A DNA stretch of 64,000 nucleotides from Yuukianura sp. NJ FZ-2021. Taxonomy: Eukaryota. The notes beneath the pieces are model-generated. The model was not told the DNA's origin. It made no database searches and saw nothing but the letters and a program-made list of their open reading frames with translations. Where the stretch lies: positions 2,790,001-2,854,000 of the forward strand of contig CM102287.1 of assembly GCA_046563655.1 (NCBI GenBank), written 5' to 3'. The position numbers and the translations under genes were made by a program. Shown here one piece after another: positions 40,851 to 55,063 of this stretch (position 1 is its first letter; the number at the start of each line of letters is the position of its first letter).

Positions 40851-43690
40851 TTAGTTGATTTCCTTAACGATGCAGTGAAAAGGTTGAGCAGTATTGGCAA
40901 TTCCGCATTTTGGAATTGTGGACAATTTAGGATTGAGCGGAGAGCGTTCGAACGTGTAGCGCTGCAAAAGTTGAGTGAAGAAGGCTAGCCAAATGACCTT
41001 TGCCATACTTTGACCTAAACAGATACGTTTTCCTGAAAAACGAAAATTTTTTGAAAATTTTGGTTTTTGAATTTTTTGACTTGCTTTGTCAATTTTTAAA
41101 AAGTATTCACCTCCGCCAAAAACGAAAAGTTTATCGTCATTAACAATTTTGTTGTTGGCGTCTAGGAAGCGTTCTGGCCGAAATGCTTCTGGATCACCCC
41201 AAATTTCTTCGCTCATGTGAACAATTGTCAAGTTGATTCCAGCGATCGCATCCTACCGGGATCAATCAATAAAAAAAATTGACCTTTGACCTTTTGGTTT
41301 TTTTTCAATTTACCTTTGGTACAAAACATCCTTTGAGCGTCGTGTCATGAATAGCGCTGCGTCCGTTTACTAGTTTGAAAAAAATGTTAAATTTCTTTTC
41401 TAAAGCCTTTAGATCGCTGGTTGGATTTGAAGGTAATGATAATAGTAGTAATTTGAATAAAATTTTTTGCACAAATGCACATAGACATAAGTAAATTTCG
41501 CGAATTTAAACTTTGCGAAGATTCAAAAAAAACGAATTCGCGAATTTGGAAAATCACATTGTTAAAGTTTTGCAAAAGTCACTAACCTGGAACGATATTT
41601 GCATGCCTAATGAAAATCAAAACAGGTTTTCAGTTTTTAGTTTTTGCAATTTATGGACAGAAAAATATTGGCAAAAAAATAATGAGTCTAGGTACCTGAG
41701 AACTTCCAGCATCGTGGCTTCAGTGTAAGGCATACTTCATCATTAGCAAAAGAAAACAAAGAATTGTGGTTTTGTTATTGCAATTTTTATGAATTTGCAA
41801 AATTGCAATTTTTTTGCAAAAATTTAGAAGTTGTGAAGGTCAATGAACTTACTTGACTCTGTCTGAAATCGAAGGAGCGCGATTTTCCCCCACGACTGAC
41901 TTGATTTCTGCTCTAACTTTGTTCTGCACTTCCGGATACTTGAGCATGTACAGAATTGCAAATTCTAAGGAATTCGCAGTAGTGTCCACGCCACCTAAAT
42001 TTGCAAATTTTAGTTGTAAAATTTTTTTGCAACATTTCCCAGATGCTGAAGCTTATTTTTGTACTGTTTTTGCTGAATAAGTTGTATAGAAGTTTTACCG
42101 AATAGAAGATCTGCACAAGTTGCTACAAACTGCTCATCTGAAACGAAAGTAGAATTGTAAATTTTGCCAAATTTTAGCAAGTTTGCCAATTTGCGAGAAT
42201 TTGCGAATTTTGAATCCTACCGGTGTAAAGTGTATTGGGATTGTCCTTTTCCTCTTCTACTTTGAGCAAAAAATAGTCCATGAAATCGTTTTGCTCTTCC
42301 CTGAACGATCCTTGCTCCCGCCTCCTCTTCATGATGTTCTGCAAAAACAATTTTTTTCACATTTATTGAGAGATTCGCAATATTGCAAAAAAAAAAATTC
42401 GCACAAAAGTTCAAGCACCTCAAAGAATTCATGGCAGGCTTCAAAACTGCTTGTCTTCTGCCTACTTTTTGATACGCCTGGAATCCACCTCAAGTACGGG
42501 AAACTCCATTCCATATCGGCTCCAATTTCTGCAAAATTTTGAAAATTTTGCAAAATTTGTGCAAATTTTTTGGTTTTGTCAAGATCTTACGAATTTCTGC
42601 CACATCTTCAACATAGTGCACGAGATTCTTCATGTCTTGATCATCATAGAGGAATCTGTGACCTGACATGACCCTCCACAAGATGTTGAATGTTGGAATT
42701 TTGAAATATTGACGCATGAAAATCTCGTTGTTGTTTTTCATCCTGTCTTCCTCAATTTTTTTCATGAAACACTCCAATTCTTCAGTCAAAAAAACATCCG
42801 CGGATTTGAGTTCGCCAAAACCGAAATTTTTTAGCGTTCTAGTTGTAAATCGACGCATCTCTTTCCAGGAATCTCCACTACTCCACATTAGTCCTAGCAA
42901 AATCAAAATTTTGAAATTCCTGAAATTTCAAATTTTGAAAATTTGTTTCTCACCTAAATTTTTTCCGTAAGTGTGTTCTTTGTAGAGATCGCTTGCTGGA
43001 AATCGCGGGAGCCAGGCTGGTGAAGTCATGATTTCTTTGACCGTGTCAAAATCTTCTGCACAAACTGAAGAACAAAAGGTCAAAGTAAAAAGGTCAAAGG
43101 TCAAAGTGGACTAGAAGTTGTGTTACCATAGTATTGCACTCCGATTTGCATGCCCATGACCTTTCCATATTTTTTGCAAATTGCGTGAATTCGCTCATAG
43201 TGCAGTCGGTAGTTGGAGACGATCATCCCGAGCTGAATTGCCGCGCCAATTATCGGCAGTGGAACGGGACCTAAATTTTGCACATAATTTTTGCAAATTC
43301 AAACTTTTTTGCAAAACAAAATTGCGAAATTTTTTTTTTGCGACGCTTCGTTACTCTATTCCGCATTAACCCAGACAAAGTTTGTCAAGTAAACAACTGT
43401 TTCGCAACACTCAAGCTAATTGCGCGTTAACAAGAAATGCTAAATCCTAACTACCAAAATGAAAGCTCAACTTCCTAAAAACTTCCTGTTGCAAAACTTC
43501 CTTCAAAAAAAGGGTTTCAAAAAATTTCAATTTCCAGTTTCAAAATTTCAACAGAATTTGAAAACTGTCGCATTTTAATACCTGGCAGTGGTTTCAATTG
43601 GCCCATTTTCTTTTGATTCTTTTTAAAATTTTGAATTAAAATCATCCCCACTAGGAAGACGCACAAACACAGCACCAGTTCTGCAAACAT
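40851..43690 (-). CDS. Cytochrome P450, clan-2-like, copy A
   Basis: N-terminal anchor, PGPVPLP hinge, WKEMRRF, GGVDTT, EVLR, FRPERF, FGGGKRICLG; many short exons. Confidence 0.9.
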
Positions 43691-44479
43691 TTTGCCAAAA
43701 TTTCATAAAATTTACACTTAGAATTCAAAATTCGAAACTTTCCAGAACTTCTTTTCTGGCCAACAGCTGGAATTCGACTGAAATCGATTCTTTGGCTTGT
43801 TTTTTAATTTCCTGCTATAGATTTAATCTTTTTCCTCTCAGGTTTCCTATAGACTGAAACTGGTTAGCAAACTTTTTGTTTTTGCAAAAACTATAAACTG
43901 GAACCCCCTCCTCTTTTAACAGCCTAAAACATCATCTTGACCACAAAAGCATGAAAAGTTGCAAAAACTTAGTCAGAGGAAGAGAGGTCACACAAGGTCA
44001 TGGTATAGCAAATACACGTGGATTTTACTTCAATCTTCAATGTTGTTTTGTTATACATTCAAGATCACTTTTATGATTTCATCCAAGGACGGAGGTAACA
44101 TTATCCTAATGCGAAAACACAAAAACAATGGAATAAAGTGCAGAAAAAAAAAACAAGTAAAGAGGTAACTACTTTATGTCATTGTCTCTCATAAACAATG
44201 AGTCATGCAATTTGTCAAAATTTAACAAATTGCAAATACACAGTGCACTAAAAACGAGATTTTTTAAACAAATTTTGGACAAATTTTAGAATTTTTTCAT
44301 TCAAAAAATTAAAATTCTTTTTAAAACAAAACCTTGCTCTGAGAATGAGAAATTCCTTGAAAAAAATTGCCAAACTTCCGATTTTACATAGTAAAATTAG
44401 CGTTCTTCATTCACTTTTTGGAGAATTTCAATTTGGAAATTTTATTTTATTAGACTGTCGTTTTTTGGAAATTTTGAAA

Positions 44480-46905
44480 TTAGCGAGGTGTGACAATGCA
44501 GTAAAAAGGTTTTGGAGTGTTAGCAATTGCTGCGTTTGGAAATGTTTTGAGTTTTGGACGAATTGGAGACGGGCTGAAAGTGTAGCGCTGCAACATTGAA
44601 GTGAAAAATGACATCCAGATGACCTTGGCCATCAAATTCCCTGGACACAATCGTTTTCCTAAAAAAAAAAAGTTGACCTTTGACCTGTGACCTTTGAGTT
44701 TTGCGTTTGACCTTGACCTTACCCCCTCCAAACGGAAATATTTTGTCACTGTTGATAATTTCGTTGTTTTCATTTAGAAATCTCTCGGGACGAAAATTTT
44801 CCGGATCGCCCCAAACTTCTTTACTCCAGTGAACCACCGTAGTGTTGAGGCCGCAACTTGTACCCTGGTTTTTCAAAATTTTAAAAAATATGCTTCAATA
44901 AGTCAAAATTTTGAAAAACTTGTTGAGTTTTTACCTTGCGGACATTGTAACCCCCGATTTTCGTGTAACAATTCGCAGTTCGGAGATTCATTGGCACAAT
45001 ACATGCCCATCTAAACACAATTTCAACAAAAAAATGCAAAAATCCAACAAAAAAAAAGTGCAAACTTTCAAAAAAACAAAAATTCGAATCACGAATCTAT
45101 TGATAAAAAAGTTACCGTAAAGTTTCCAACATAACTGCCTCCACGTATTTCAATCTGAAAAATGCAATTGCAGAATTGAAAATCCTTCAAATCTAGTTTC
45201 ATACTGTGCAAGTTTTCGAAATTTTGGAAATTTTTGAAAATTTTGAAATTTTGAACAGTACTTTGATCTGTCGCTGATACTCGGTGCTCTGTCTCTGCCA
45301 ACAATCGCATCAATTTCTGCTTGTGCTTTTCTCTGAACCCAAGGAAACTTGGCCATGTACAAAATTGCAAATTCCAAGGAATTCGAAGTGGTGTCTATTC
45401 CTCTGAAATTTCAGAATTTTCAAAACAACTTTTCAAAATTTCGTCAAAATTTTGATTTTTACCCAAAAAGCAAATCAACACAAGTGACTTGAAATTGCTC
45501 ATCGGTGTAAAATGTTCCAGGATTTCCCTTTTCTGTGTCAATTTTATGTAAAAAGTAGTCGATAAAATCATTTTGAACAGAGTTGTACGTCCCCTTCAAT
45601 CTCCTTTCATTTAGCAAATCCTAAAAAACAGAAATGCAATTTTGAAAAAAGTTCTATTTTTTCAAAATTTTTAAAATTTACAATGAAAAAATCGTGACAG
45701 ATGACAAAACTTTGACGTTTGGCTCTGCTCGGTGAACAGCCTGGAATGAAACGTAAAATTGGAAAAGCCCACTCTGGATCCAAACCTGGAAAAAAAAAAT
45801 TGGGTTGAAGTAAGGAAAAAATGTGAACTTTGTACCCACATATTGCAACTACTACTTAATTGTGCTATTGTGGTTGAAGTAAGGTCACTTGGTTGAATTT
45901 TGAACTCACCTATATTTATTTTAGCACAGTCCTCCACAGCGTGAATTAACGCCACAATTTTTGAATCGTTGTGATTAAAACGTTCTCCCGCCATGACACG
46001 CCACAAAACGTTGAACGTGGGAACTTTCAATTTGTGGTGCATGAAAACTTCGTTTTCAAAATCAGTTCCACTTTTTCTTTCCTCTTCAAAAATTTTCAAC
46101 AAATCATCAACTTCCACTTGAATCAACTCGTCGCATGCTTTTAATTCGCCAAAACCAAAATTTCGGAGTGTTTTCACCACGAATTTTCTCATTTCACGAT
46201 GCACTTCACCATCACTGAACATAATACCTGCAGATATAAAAATTAAAAATTTCTAACTTTTCAAAGTTTTTGAAATTTTGTAAATGTGAAGTACCCAAAT
46301 TTTGAAAAAGTGTGTGTTCCTTAAAACGAGGATGATCCGGAAACCTGTAGGACCAATCAGGAGAGTTCAAAACTTCCCTTACATATTCCAGGTCTTGTGT
46401 AAACACTGAAAATATCATGAATTTTTTTGTTCAAAATTTTGTTCTTCAAAATTTCAAAAAAACAACTTTGTTTTAAAACTTTGTTTTAAAACTTTGTTCT
46501 CTTTTTTTCAAACCTACCTACTGTGAATCCAAAACAAGAGACTCCAACGACTCTTCCGCGATTTTCCATTAATTTTTGAAATCTTTGAAAATGTACGCCT
46601 GACCAGGTAGTGCAAATGCGAAAAAGCACTTGTAGACCGCTCCCAAGAATTGGAAAATTCAATGGCCCTGCAACATAACGTACAACATTGTAACAGACAA
46701 CATTGTAACGTACAACATTGTAACATACAACATTGTAACGTACAACATTGTAACGGAGAATATTACACAACGGATAACATAGTTTATAAAAGTACATACC
46801 TGGAACATAGTTGTTTCTTTTGCGTTCTTGTTCGTATTTTACCACATGCCAAATTATGTACACCAAACAAACGACGCAACCCAACGCCCAGGCAGAAGCA
46901 GACAT
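44480..46905 (-). CDS. Cytochrome P450, clan-2-like, copy B
   Basis: PGPLNFP, HREMRKF, GGIDTT, ETLR, FRPERF, FPFGGGKRLCPG. Confidence 0.9.
46670..46756 (+). repeat. 15-bp tandem repeat (ACAACATTGTAACGT) in intron 1 of CYP copy B
   Basis: About five tandem units; produces spurious CYNVV and HCNVQ ORF repeats. Confidence 0.85.
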
Positions 46906-47630
46906 CTTTAAAAATCAAATTCACTTTTCAAAAATTACTAAAATTATTTCACCAAAGATGAATATTTTTCTGTTAATGCTCTCAAATGCTAGACCAGAAT
47001 TGGAGTATAGGATCCAAGAATTGAATTGAAGCGTCAATTTCTAAGGGAAGTTCGAAGGCTACTGCATTACTCATCATTATAATTATTACCAAGCGTGAGA
47101 AACTTTTTCTAGAATCGTTTTTGGAAAAACTAGTTTTTGTTTTTCATTGAAAAACAAAGAGGAACATCCTACCTTAACTTGCAACTGTTTCAAATTCATA
47201 CAAAAATGATCACGTAGTGTTGTAAAAACTTCGTCTTTTTTTTTTTTTTTGCCAAACTCATCAAATTATGCCTAGGTCTTGTGAATTTTTGAATTCAAAA
47301 GGTTAATCACAACACCCAACGTGTGCACAATTTGAGTAAATTAAGGTCACATGACCTAGCCTTCCAATATGCATCTTGCCCATGAAAATCTTGCATGTCA
47401 ATAAAACTTAATTATCAGTGAGAAATTTTTGTTTACAATTTTTCTTTTCAAAATTCTGGAAAAACTAGGTTTTCCTATGACGCTATTCATGTTTTTTTGG
47501 TATGCAGGGTGAATTTCGTTGTGCATGGAATCATATTTGTGCATAATGTGATGTTATGTAGAGAATGGAGTTATGTAAGTTATGTAATGATGTAAGTTAT
47601 GTAATTATGAAAACTATGTAATGATGTAAG

Positions 47631-50121
47631 TTAGTTCGCAGCGTGTGATTGGTTTTGTCGTAGGGTGATGATGCAGTGGTAGGGTTTTGGAGAATTTGCA
47701 ATTCCGAAGATCGGCTCAGTTGAAATTTCGGGGTTTTTGGGTGACGGTCGGAAGTTGTATCGTTGCAGAAGTGCGACGAAGAAACCAAGCCAAGTCACAC
47801 GAGCCATTGCGTATCCAGGACAACCGCGTTTTCCTGCAAAAATGTTAGGTTTACATTAGGATAACATTAGGTTAATATTTAACTATCTTGTGTTAGTTGA
47901 ATCTTGCCTCCACCAAAAGCAATAACTTTTTCTGTATTGACGATTTGGTTTTCAGAATTGAGGAACCGTTCTGGTCGAAATTCCCACGGATCAGACCAAA
48001 TCTCTTCACAAAAATGGACTGCCGTGGCGTTCAGAGCACAAAGAGTATCCTACCAATGGAAATTTAACTGTGTTTCTAAAATTTTGACCTTTTTTAAAAA
48101 TGTTTTAAAAATTTGACTTTGGATTATGAACCTAACACTAGTCTTTTTTCACCTTTTCGACATTGTATCCTCCAATGGTAGCAGCGGGTGTTGAATTACT
48201 TCTGGCAATAATTGGAACAATGTTGGACCAACTGAATTCAAAAAAATCGAATTTTTATAAAATTTCAAATTTAAAGTAAAGAAAAAAAATCTTGCGAATG
48301 AAAAATGCTTTTTACCGAAATGTTTCCCACATTACAGCTTCCGCAAACTTCATTCTACGCAAAAAAAAAAGACTGTAATCTACATGGAAAACTGTTACTT
48401 GGAAACTTCAATTTGAAAAGAAATTTAAACTAATTCAATTGACTTTTAACTTTCAACTAAACTAAACGTTACTTTGACCTGTCCGTGGCATCAGGAAACC
48501 GACCAAGGTCATCTCCCATGACTGCGTCAATTTCAGCTTGAACTTTGACCTGCACTCCTACAAATTTCGTCATGTACAGAATTCCAAATTCAATGGAATT
48601 CACAGTAGTGTCCAAACCACTGCCAATTAAACACAAAAAACACAATTTAACTTATTTATATATTAATTAATTAATTTTACATAAATTTAATTATAAAACT
48701 GTAATAGAACTCTACTACCCAAACAGAAGATCAACGCATGTCACTTGAAATTGATCATCTGAAAATAGAACTTATTATATTATATTAAACTTATTAAATA
48801 TATCATATTAATTTTAATAATTTTAACGTACCTGTGTATATTGTGTCCGGATTGTCCCTCTCTTTGTCAATTTGGAACAGAAAATAATCTATAAAATCGT
48901 TCTGCATTTCACGGTATTCCTTCCTTACTCTTCTCTTGTCTTTTAGGTCCTAACAGAACAAAATTTCGAAATTTCAAAATTTTGAAACTTTTTTTTTCAA
49001 AAAACTGTTTAAAGAGTTGTTACGCTAAAGAATTCGTGACAGATGACGAAACTGGGTCGTTTTGCTCTGCTGGGTGAGCAGCCTGGGATGTGACGCAAAA
49101 ATGGGAAGGACCACTCTGGGTCTAAACCTGCAATTAAAGTTAATTAACTTTAATATTTATTATTTTATTTATTTACATTTAATTATAATTAATTTAATTA
49201 TATTAGATTTAAGTACTGACCAATGTTAATTTTGCTAATGTCGTCCACAGCCGTGATGAGCTGTGATAGCTTTGGATCGTCGTATGAAAACCGATAGTTG
49301 GCCATGACTCTCCATAAGATGTTGAGTGTTGGTACTTTAAGCAAGTGGTGCATGTGCACTTCATTTTGAATTTGACCTTTTGACCTCTGGAGGTCAAGGA
49401 AGTGAAAGAGGTCAGTGACCTCTTCAACCAAAAAGGCTTCAGCAGTTTTCAACTCTCCAAAACCAAATGTACGCAGTGTCCGAACTATGAACTTCCGAAT
49501 GACCTTTTGTGGCTCGGAGTCACTCCACATCACACCTACACAATCATCACTTTTTGAAAAAATTGGTTTCAAAATTTCAAAAATTTAGAAATTTTAATTT
49601 TACCCAAATTTTGTCCAAGAGTGTGTTCCTTAAAACGCTCGTGGTTAGGAAAGCGGTGAGTCCAATCCGGAGAATTCAAAACTTCTTTCACCGTTGAAAA
49701 ATCTTCGGTGTAAACTTTTTTCAAAATTTAAAAACAGAAGGAGTGATGAGAGGAGATTTTCAAAATTTTGAATTCACTTTTTGAAACTAACCTGCTTTCA
49801 AATCGCCAATTTGAACTCCAAAAATTTTTCCGTACTTTTGTGCTACTCCATGAAATCGTTTCCAGTATTCCCCAGTAAAGCCTGCGGCACACAGAACTTG
49901 CACGGTACCGCCAAGTACCGGCCAATTCAATGGACCTGTTCAAAATTTTGAAAAATTTCAAAAAAAAACTTTTCAAACATTTTAGTTTCTTCCAGTTTTT
50001 TGGTGATTGCAGACTTACCAGGAGGAAAGTTATTTTTCCGTCTGATTTTTTCCAAGTTTAAAACGTAACTCAATACCCCAAAAACTCCCAAAATCAAAAA
50101 CAACAAAATTTCTCCCATCAT
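47631..50121 (-). CDS. Cytochrome P450, clan-2-like, copy C
   Basis: PPGPLNWP, GGLDTT, ETFR, FRPERF, AFGGGKRGCPG; stop at 47631-47633. Confidence 0.9.
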
Positions 50122-50603
50122 GCTACTGACCACTCCACCTTAAATGGTCTTCGTTTTCAAAAACTTGAAATTTGTATTGACGATTAAACTCCAAAATTTG
50201 AAGTTTTTGAACTTGAAAGCTCAGAAGTCTGAGGAAAAGTAAAAGCAGAATGAAATTGTTACAGACGTTTTTCTTTGTAATTTAAATCTACGCTCTATTT
50301 CCATTTTAGTGTTTGGGTGTGGCTCCAATTACGAAATCAAAATTTTAAGGGTAACTGCGCCCGGTCAAAATGTTACAACATTAACAAAGGAATGTATTTC
50401 ATATAATATATAAATAATAAAGCATAATTATAATATAATTAAATTTAAACTCATTATAATATTAGTCCAATTTACACGTCCATCAACTGTAATCTTTTAA
50501 AGAAAAATTGAAAAATACATAGCGCACACGAAATTTAGTTTAAAATGGCGTGGAGCTTAGTCAAAATTTTGATTTTCTTTTAACTTTTTTAAAACTTTTT
50601 TTC

Positions 50604-52745
50604 TCAAAATCTTGGTGTTATAATGCAGTGAAATGGGCGTGGTGTGTTGGCCACTCCAGGAACAGGGATGATGGACAGTTCTGGATGAAACGGAGACTGC
50701 TCAAAGTTGTATCTCTGCAAAATCCCCGTGATGAACACCAACCAAATCACTTTCGCCTGACTCTGACCAATACATAGCCGTTTTCCTAAAGAAATCCAAA
50801 ATTTTAGATCAACATTCTGAAAAAACTAAAAATTTTTTGTGTTTTTACCTCCCCCGAAAGCCAAAATTTTGTCAGTGTTGACAAAGTTGTTGTTTTCATC
50901 TAGGAATCGTTCTGGTCTAAAAACTTGTGGGTCACCCCAAATGTCAGGGTCCATATGGATCATAGCGTTGTTGATTCCAGTAAAAACGTCTTTTTTAACA
51001 TTGTACTTCCCAATTTTAGTGTCGCAATTGGCAGTACGGCCGTTGCAGGGAACGATGTTGGCGAAACGCAGGGTTTCCCATAAAACGGCTTCACAGTATC
51101 GGAGGCTAGAGTATGGAAAGAAGTTTTTAAAATTTTCGAAATTTTGAATTTTGAAGTTTTTTTAAAAAAAGATTTACTTGGTTCTGTCCAGTACGCTTGG
51201 AACTCTGTCACGTCCAACAACTTGGTCGAGTTCCTCCTGAGCCTTCCTCTGTACCCAAGGATACTTGACCAAATAAAGAAGAGCAAATTCAATTGAATTG
51301 GCAGTAGTATCCAGTCCACCAAACAGCAAGTCCACGCATGTCACAGAGAACTGATCATCTGCAATGAAGAAAAAGTAAAATTTTGAAATTTTTTAAAATT
51401 TTAAACTTTTTCAAATCGGATTTTTAAACTCAAACTGGCAAATAGTGAGTGTACCTGTGTAGATAGTGTTGGGATTACTTTTTTCGTCTTCAATTTTCTT
51501 CAGAAAATGATCAATAAAATCGTGCTGATTTTCCAAAAAGGATCCCGCTTCCCGCCGTTTTTTAGAAATGTCCTTCAAAATATGTAAATAATTAAATAAC
51601 TCAATTAAGTAAATATATTAAATTTTAACATTTAATCTTACCATAAAGAATTCATGGCAAATCACAAAGCTTGGTCGTTTAGCACGGCTTGGAGAGCAAC
51701 CAGGAATGTGACGTAGAATTGGAAATGCCCATTCGGGATCCAAACCTTTAAAGTAAAAGTTAATTAATTAGTAATTAATTAACTTCAATTATTGATAGTA
51801 AATTGTAATATGTTGGAAGGTGGGTACAAGTGTTGCAGTTTGGCCTCACTTCAACCAAATCTTACCAACGTTGATCTTTGAGATGTCGTCAACGGCATGA
51901 ATGAGTTGATTAATTTTGAAATCGTCTTTTGAAAATCGATACCCAGCCATTACGCGCCAAAGGACGTTGAAAGTAGGAATTTTAAAAGTGTGATGAAACA
52001 GAACTTCGTTTTTATCGTTTTTGGATCTCTCCGTGTCCAACATTTGCACAAAATCTGCCAATTCTTCCTGCAAAAACACTTCGGCTTGCTTCAATTCACC
52101 AAAACCAAACGTCTTTAAAGTTCGGACTGAAAAAATTCGCATTTCCTTGTGCGGTTTTCCATCACTCCACATGAGTCCTATTTAGAAAAACGAAAATTTC
52201 AAAATTTTGTAACATTTTTCACTTTTTGTTTTTTCTTTACCTAAGTTCTGATCCAGCATGTGCTCTTTGAACCTCGGATGACTCGGAAATCGATGTGACC
52301 AATCAGCAGAGTTCAGAACTTCTTTGGCCGCGTTGTAGTCTTCCACAATCACTAAAACAAAGACATATTTTTGAAGATTTTTAAAAAATTTCAAAATTTT
52401 GAATTTGAAAAAAAAATTTGTACCTCCATGCTGACTTCCTCCTGTGACGCTACAAACCTTGCCATATTTTTGTGAAATTCTATGAACTCGTTCGTAATGT
52501 TGACCTTTGAGTCCTGCTGCATAAACGATTTGGATCAACCCACCAACAATTGGAAAATCAACTGCACCTAGAATTTCAAAAACGAAAAAATTTTAAGAAA
52601 AGTTCCAAAAAATCAAAAATTTTCAAATTTTGGAACACATACCTGGTGGATAATTTTTGTCTCTCTTGTGTTTTTCATTTGTAACGACGTACCAAGTCAC
52701 GTACAAGGCTAACGACGCTATAAAAATTAGTATCTCTAGTATCAT
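50604..52745 (-). CDS. Cytochrome P450, clan-2-like, copy D
   Basis: PPGAVDFP, HKEMRIF, GGLDTT, ETLR, FRPERF, AFGGGKRLCIG. Confidence 0.9.
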
Positions 52746-54039
52746 TTTCTCAAACTTCAACTTCCAGTTTTATTTCCTCTGAGTTTTCAGGTATCTTTTT
52801 TCAAAATTTCAAATTCAAAAAGCAAAGTTATTTTTATTCCTACAATTTTTTGACGTGTTACACTGAAATTCTGAAGTTCGACTGAGGCGGATGTATGAGA
52901 CGATTCAGAATCTTTAAAAAAAGCCTGAGAAATAGCCGCTGGTCAACTTTTGTCATAAATCGTACATCCGCTTTTCATGTTCCTGGGAATGACTTCTTTG
53001 TTATCCGATAGTTACTTCCTCCACTGCTTTTTCAATGTTAAAACGGTAAAGAATGTGGAAGTGGAACATGTCAAGAGGAAGTGAGTCCATTTTAAACTTA
53101 ATTAGCTTCATTTCGCACAGAAAACTTCTCATCATTCATCTTTTTTCTCAAAAACTCAAAATCCTTTGGGTTTTTTCACAAAAAGTTAATCAAATCCAAG
53201 AAAAAACTCTCTTCTTACAATTTTTACTCCAATTTGCGTATTATTTTTGTTCAAAATTTGAAAAAAAAAATGTGATTTTAACAATCTGAAAAACAAAAAT
53301 AAATCGCGGGGGAGAAAAATTGATACCTTTTACACCCACATAAAAAAATTTGAGAGTTTTTTTGCAATATTTTTTTAATAATTTGCATTTAGTTATTCGC
53401 CAGACTCGTCTTCCGTTGAAGTTTGACGTTTTTATCTAAATTCAAAATTTTGTTGAAGTTTTTGAGGTTTCGAATTTCAACTTTATTTTGAAAAGGCATA
53501 ATTAGAAGTTTGAAAATCGGAGAAGCTTTTGGTTTCAAAATCTCTCGCCTGACAAATTTCCATCGCATAATGAGCATTAGTGTCCTCCTTTCTCCTAACT
53601 TTGGTCCTTTGCGTGTCAATTTCGCATTTTAGGGATCCAAAAAAACCGAAAAAACTAAAAATTTCAGAAACTAGATCGTGACGGCTGAGGAAAATGTGAG
53701 TCTCTGGAGAAGTAATCAAAAGAGTAGCAGCATCTGGGAGCACAATTTCTAAAACATGTTCAAACAGCAGCGTCAGTTGACTCTACTCCTACTGGATTAA
53801 GTTCACTTCCACCAGATTCCACCAATCCCATCGCTTGTTTAAAATTTCATGAAAAGGAAAACTAGAAAAAACGAAATCTAAAAAAAAATGTTCACGTTCT
53901 ACTACAAATATTTGCTTCTTCTCTGCTTCCAAATTTATTTCTAAACTGAAGGCGCTCGAAGCAGCTCAACTTTCTCGTTTCAAATTACACTTTTCAGTTC
54001 AATTTTAAAATTCTGAATTCTCCACTTTTTTAAGAAAGA

Positions 54040-54572
54040 ATGTTCAAAATTTGGAAAGTGTTGACATGGATTGTTTTGATTGGTTTGACCTTGGAAGTGG
54101 AAGGAGATGACGGAAAAGTACCGATGCGACTTCAGAAGACGGGGGCAAAGGTCAAACCAGAATTTTTGAAAATCGAACTGCCAGAAGTCGGCACGGGAAG
54201 TGAAGAGAGAGCAGAAGAGAGTGAAGAAGAAGAAGAAGATGCTGAGTATTCAGAAGAAGTGGATGACCCCGAGGTCAACACTGGTGAAAGGCTATGTATG
54301 ATTGGCTACTTTTGGCACATTCGTGGACGTCAATGTGTTCCTGTTTACTGTGAAACGAGAAAAAGGAATCCGGTGACCGGAAAATGCCGACGACTCATCA
54401 TTTATTACACAAGAGCGTGGAACAGCAGAAGTCACTACCCTTACACGTAAGATTGATTATTTGTTCCATTAAGATCAACATATAAATTTTTTGAATAATT
54501 TCAAAATTTCTGAAAAAATTTGAAAATTTGAAAATTTTGAATAGGACTTGGACTCGGAAGGCATGGGTGTAG
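54040..54572 (+). CDS. Orphan secreted precursor, copy 1 (signal peptide, acidic pro-region, 4-Cys cationic domain)
   Basis: Hydrophobic leader, Glu-rich tract, CMIGYFWHIRGRQCVPVYCETRKRNPVTGKCRR; the ORF stop lies in a GTAAG donor and exon 2 (54545-54572) adds TWTRKAWV. Confidence 0.75.
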
Positions 54573-55063
54573 ATGAGTGATGAAAATTAAGGTGGACGAG
54601 CAACAAATATACGTGTGCAAATCATCGCATAAATTTCCAAAAAAAAAAAAAGATAATTAAAAATTAATAAAATTCCAATTTGAATTTCGAACAACTGAAA
54701 ATTGAATTTTGAGTTCAAAAAACTTCTTAAAACGTGATTTTTCCTTCATAAAAGATTATTTCTTGTATCAAAATTAGTAAATCAAAAAATTAAAATCCAA
54801 GAATGAAGCTTTTTGTCACGTATGGAGGCTGAAGATCGCTTTAAGCAAGCTGCCCAATAAAACCCACCAATCGCGTGGGCTGTCTCAAATTTCAAAAATA
54901 GAAAACTTAAAAAAAAGTCAACTTTCACTACAAATATTTGCTTCCTCTCTCCTCCCACATTCATTTCCAAAGTGAAAGCGCTCTCAAGCAGTTCCACTTT
55001 CTCCGGAACTTCAAAATTTTGAATTTTTCTAAAAATTGTTCTCAATTTCAAAAAGTACGCGAA

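Noticed and set aside
46514..46961. Cys/His-rich repeat ORFs
   Set aside because: Translation of the intronic 15-bp tandem repeat
40851..52745. CYP copies as pseudogenes because the ORF track is fragmented
   Set aside because: The fragments I checked join in frame through canonical GT-AG introns and keep the heme Cys
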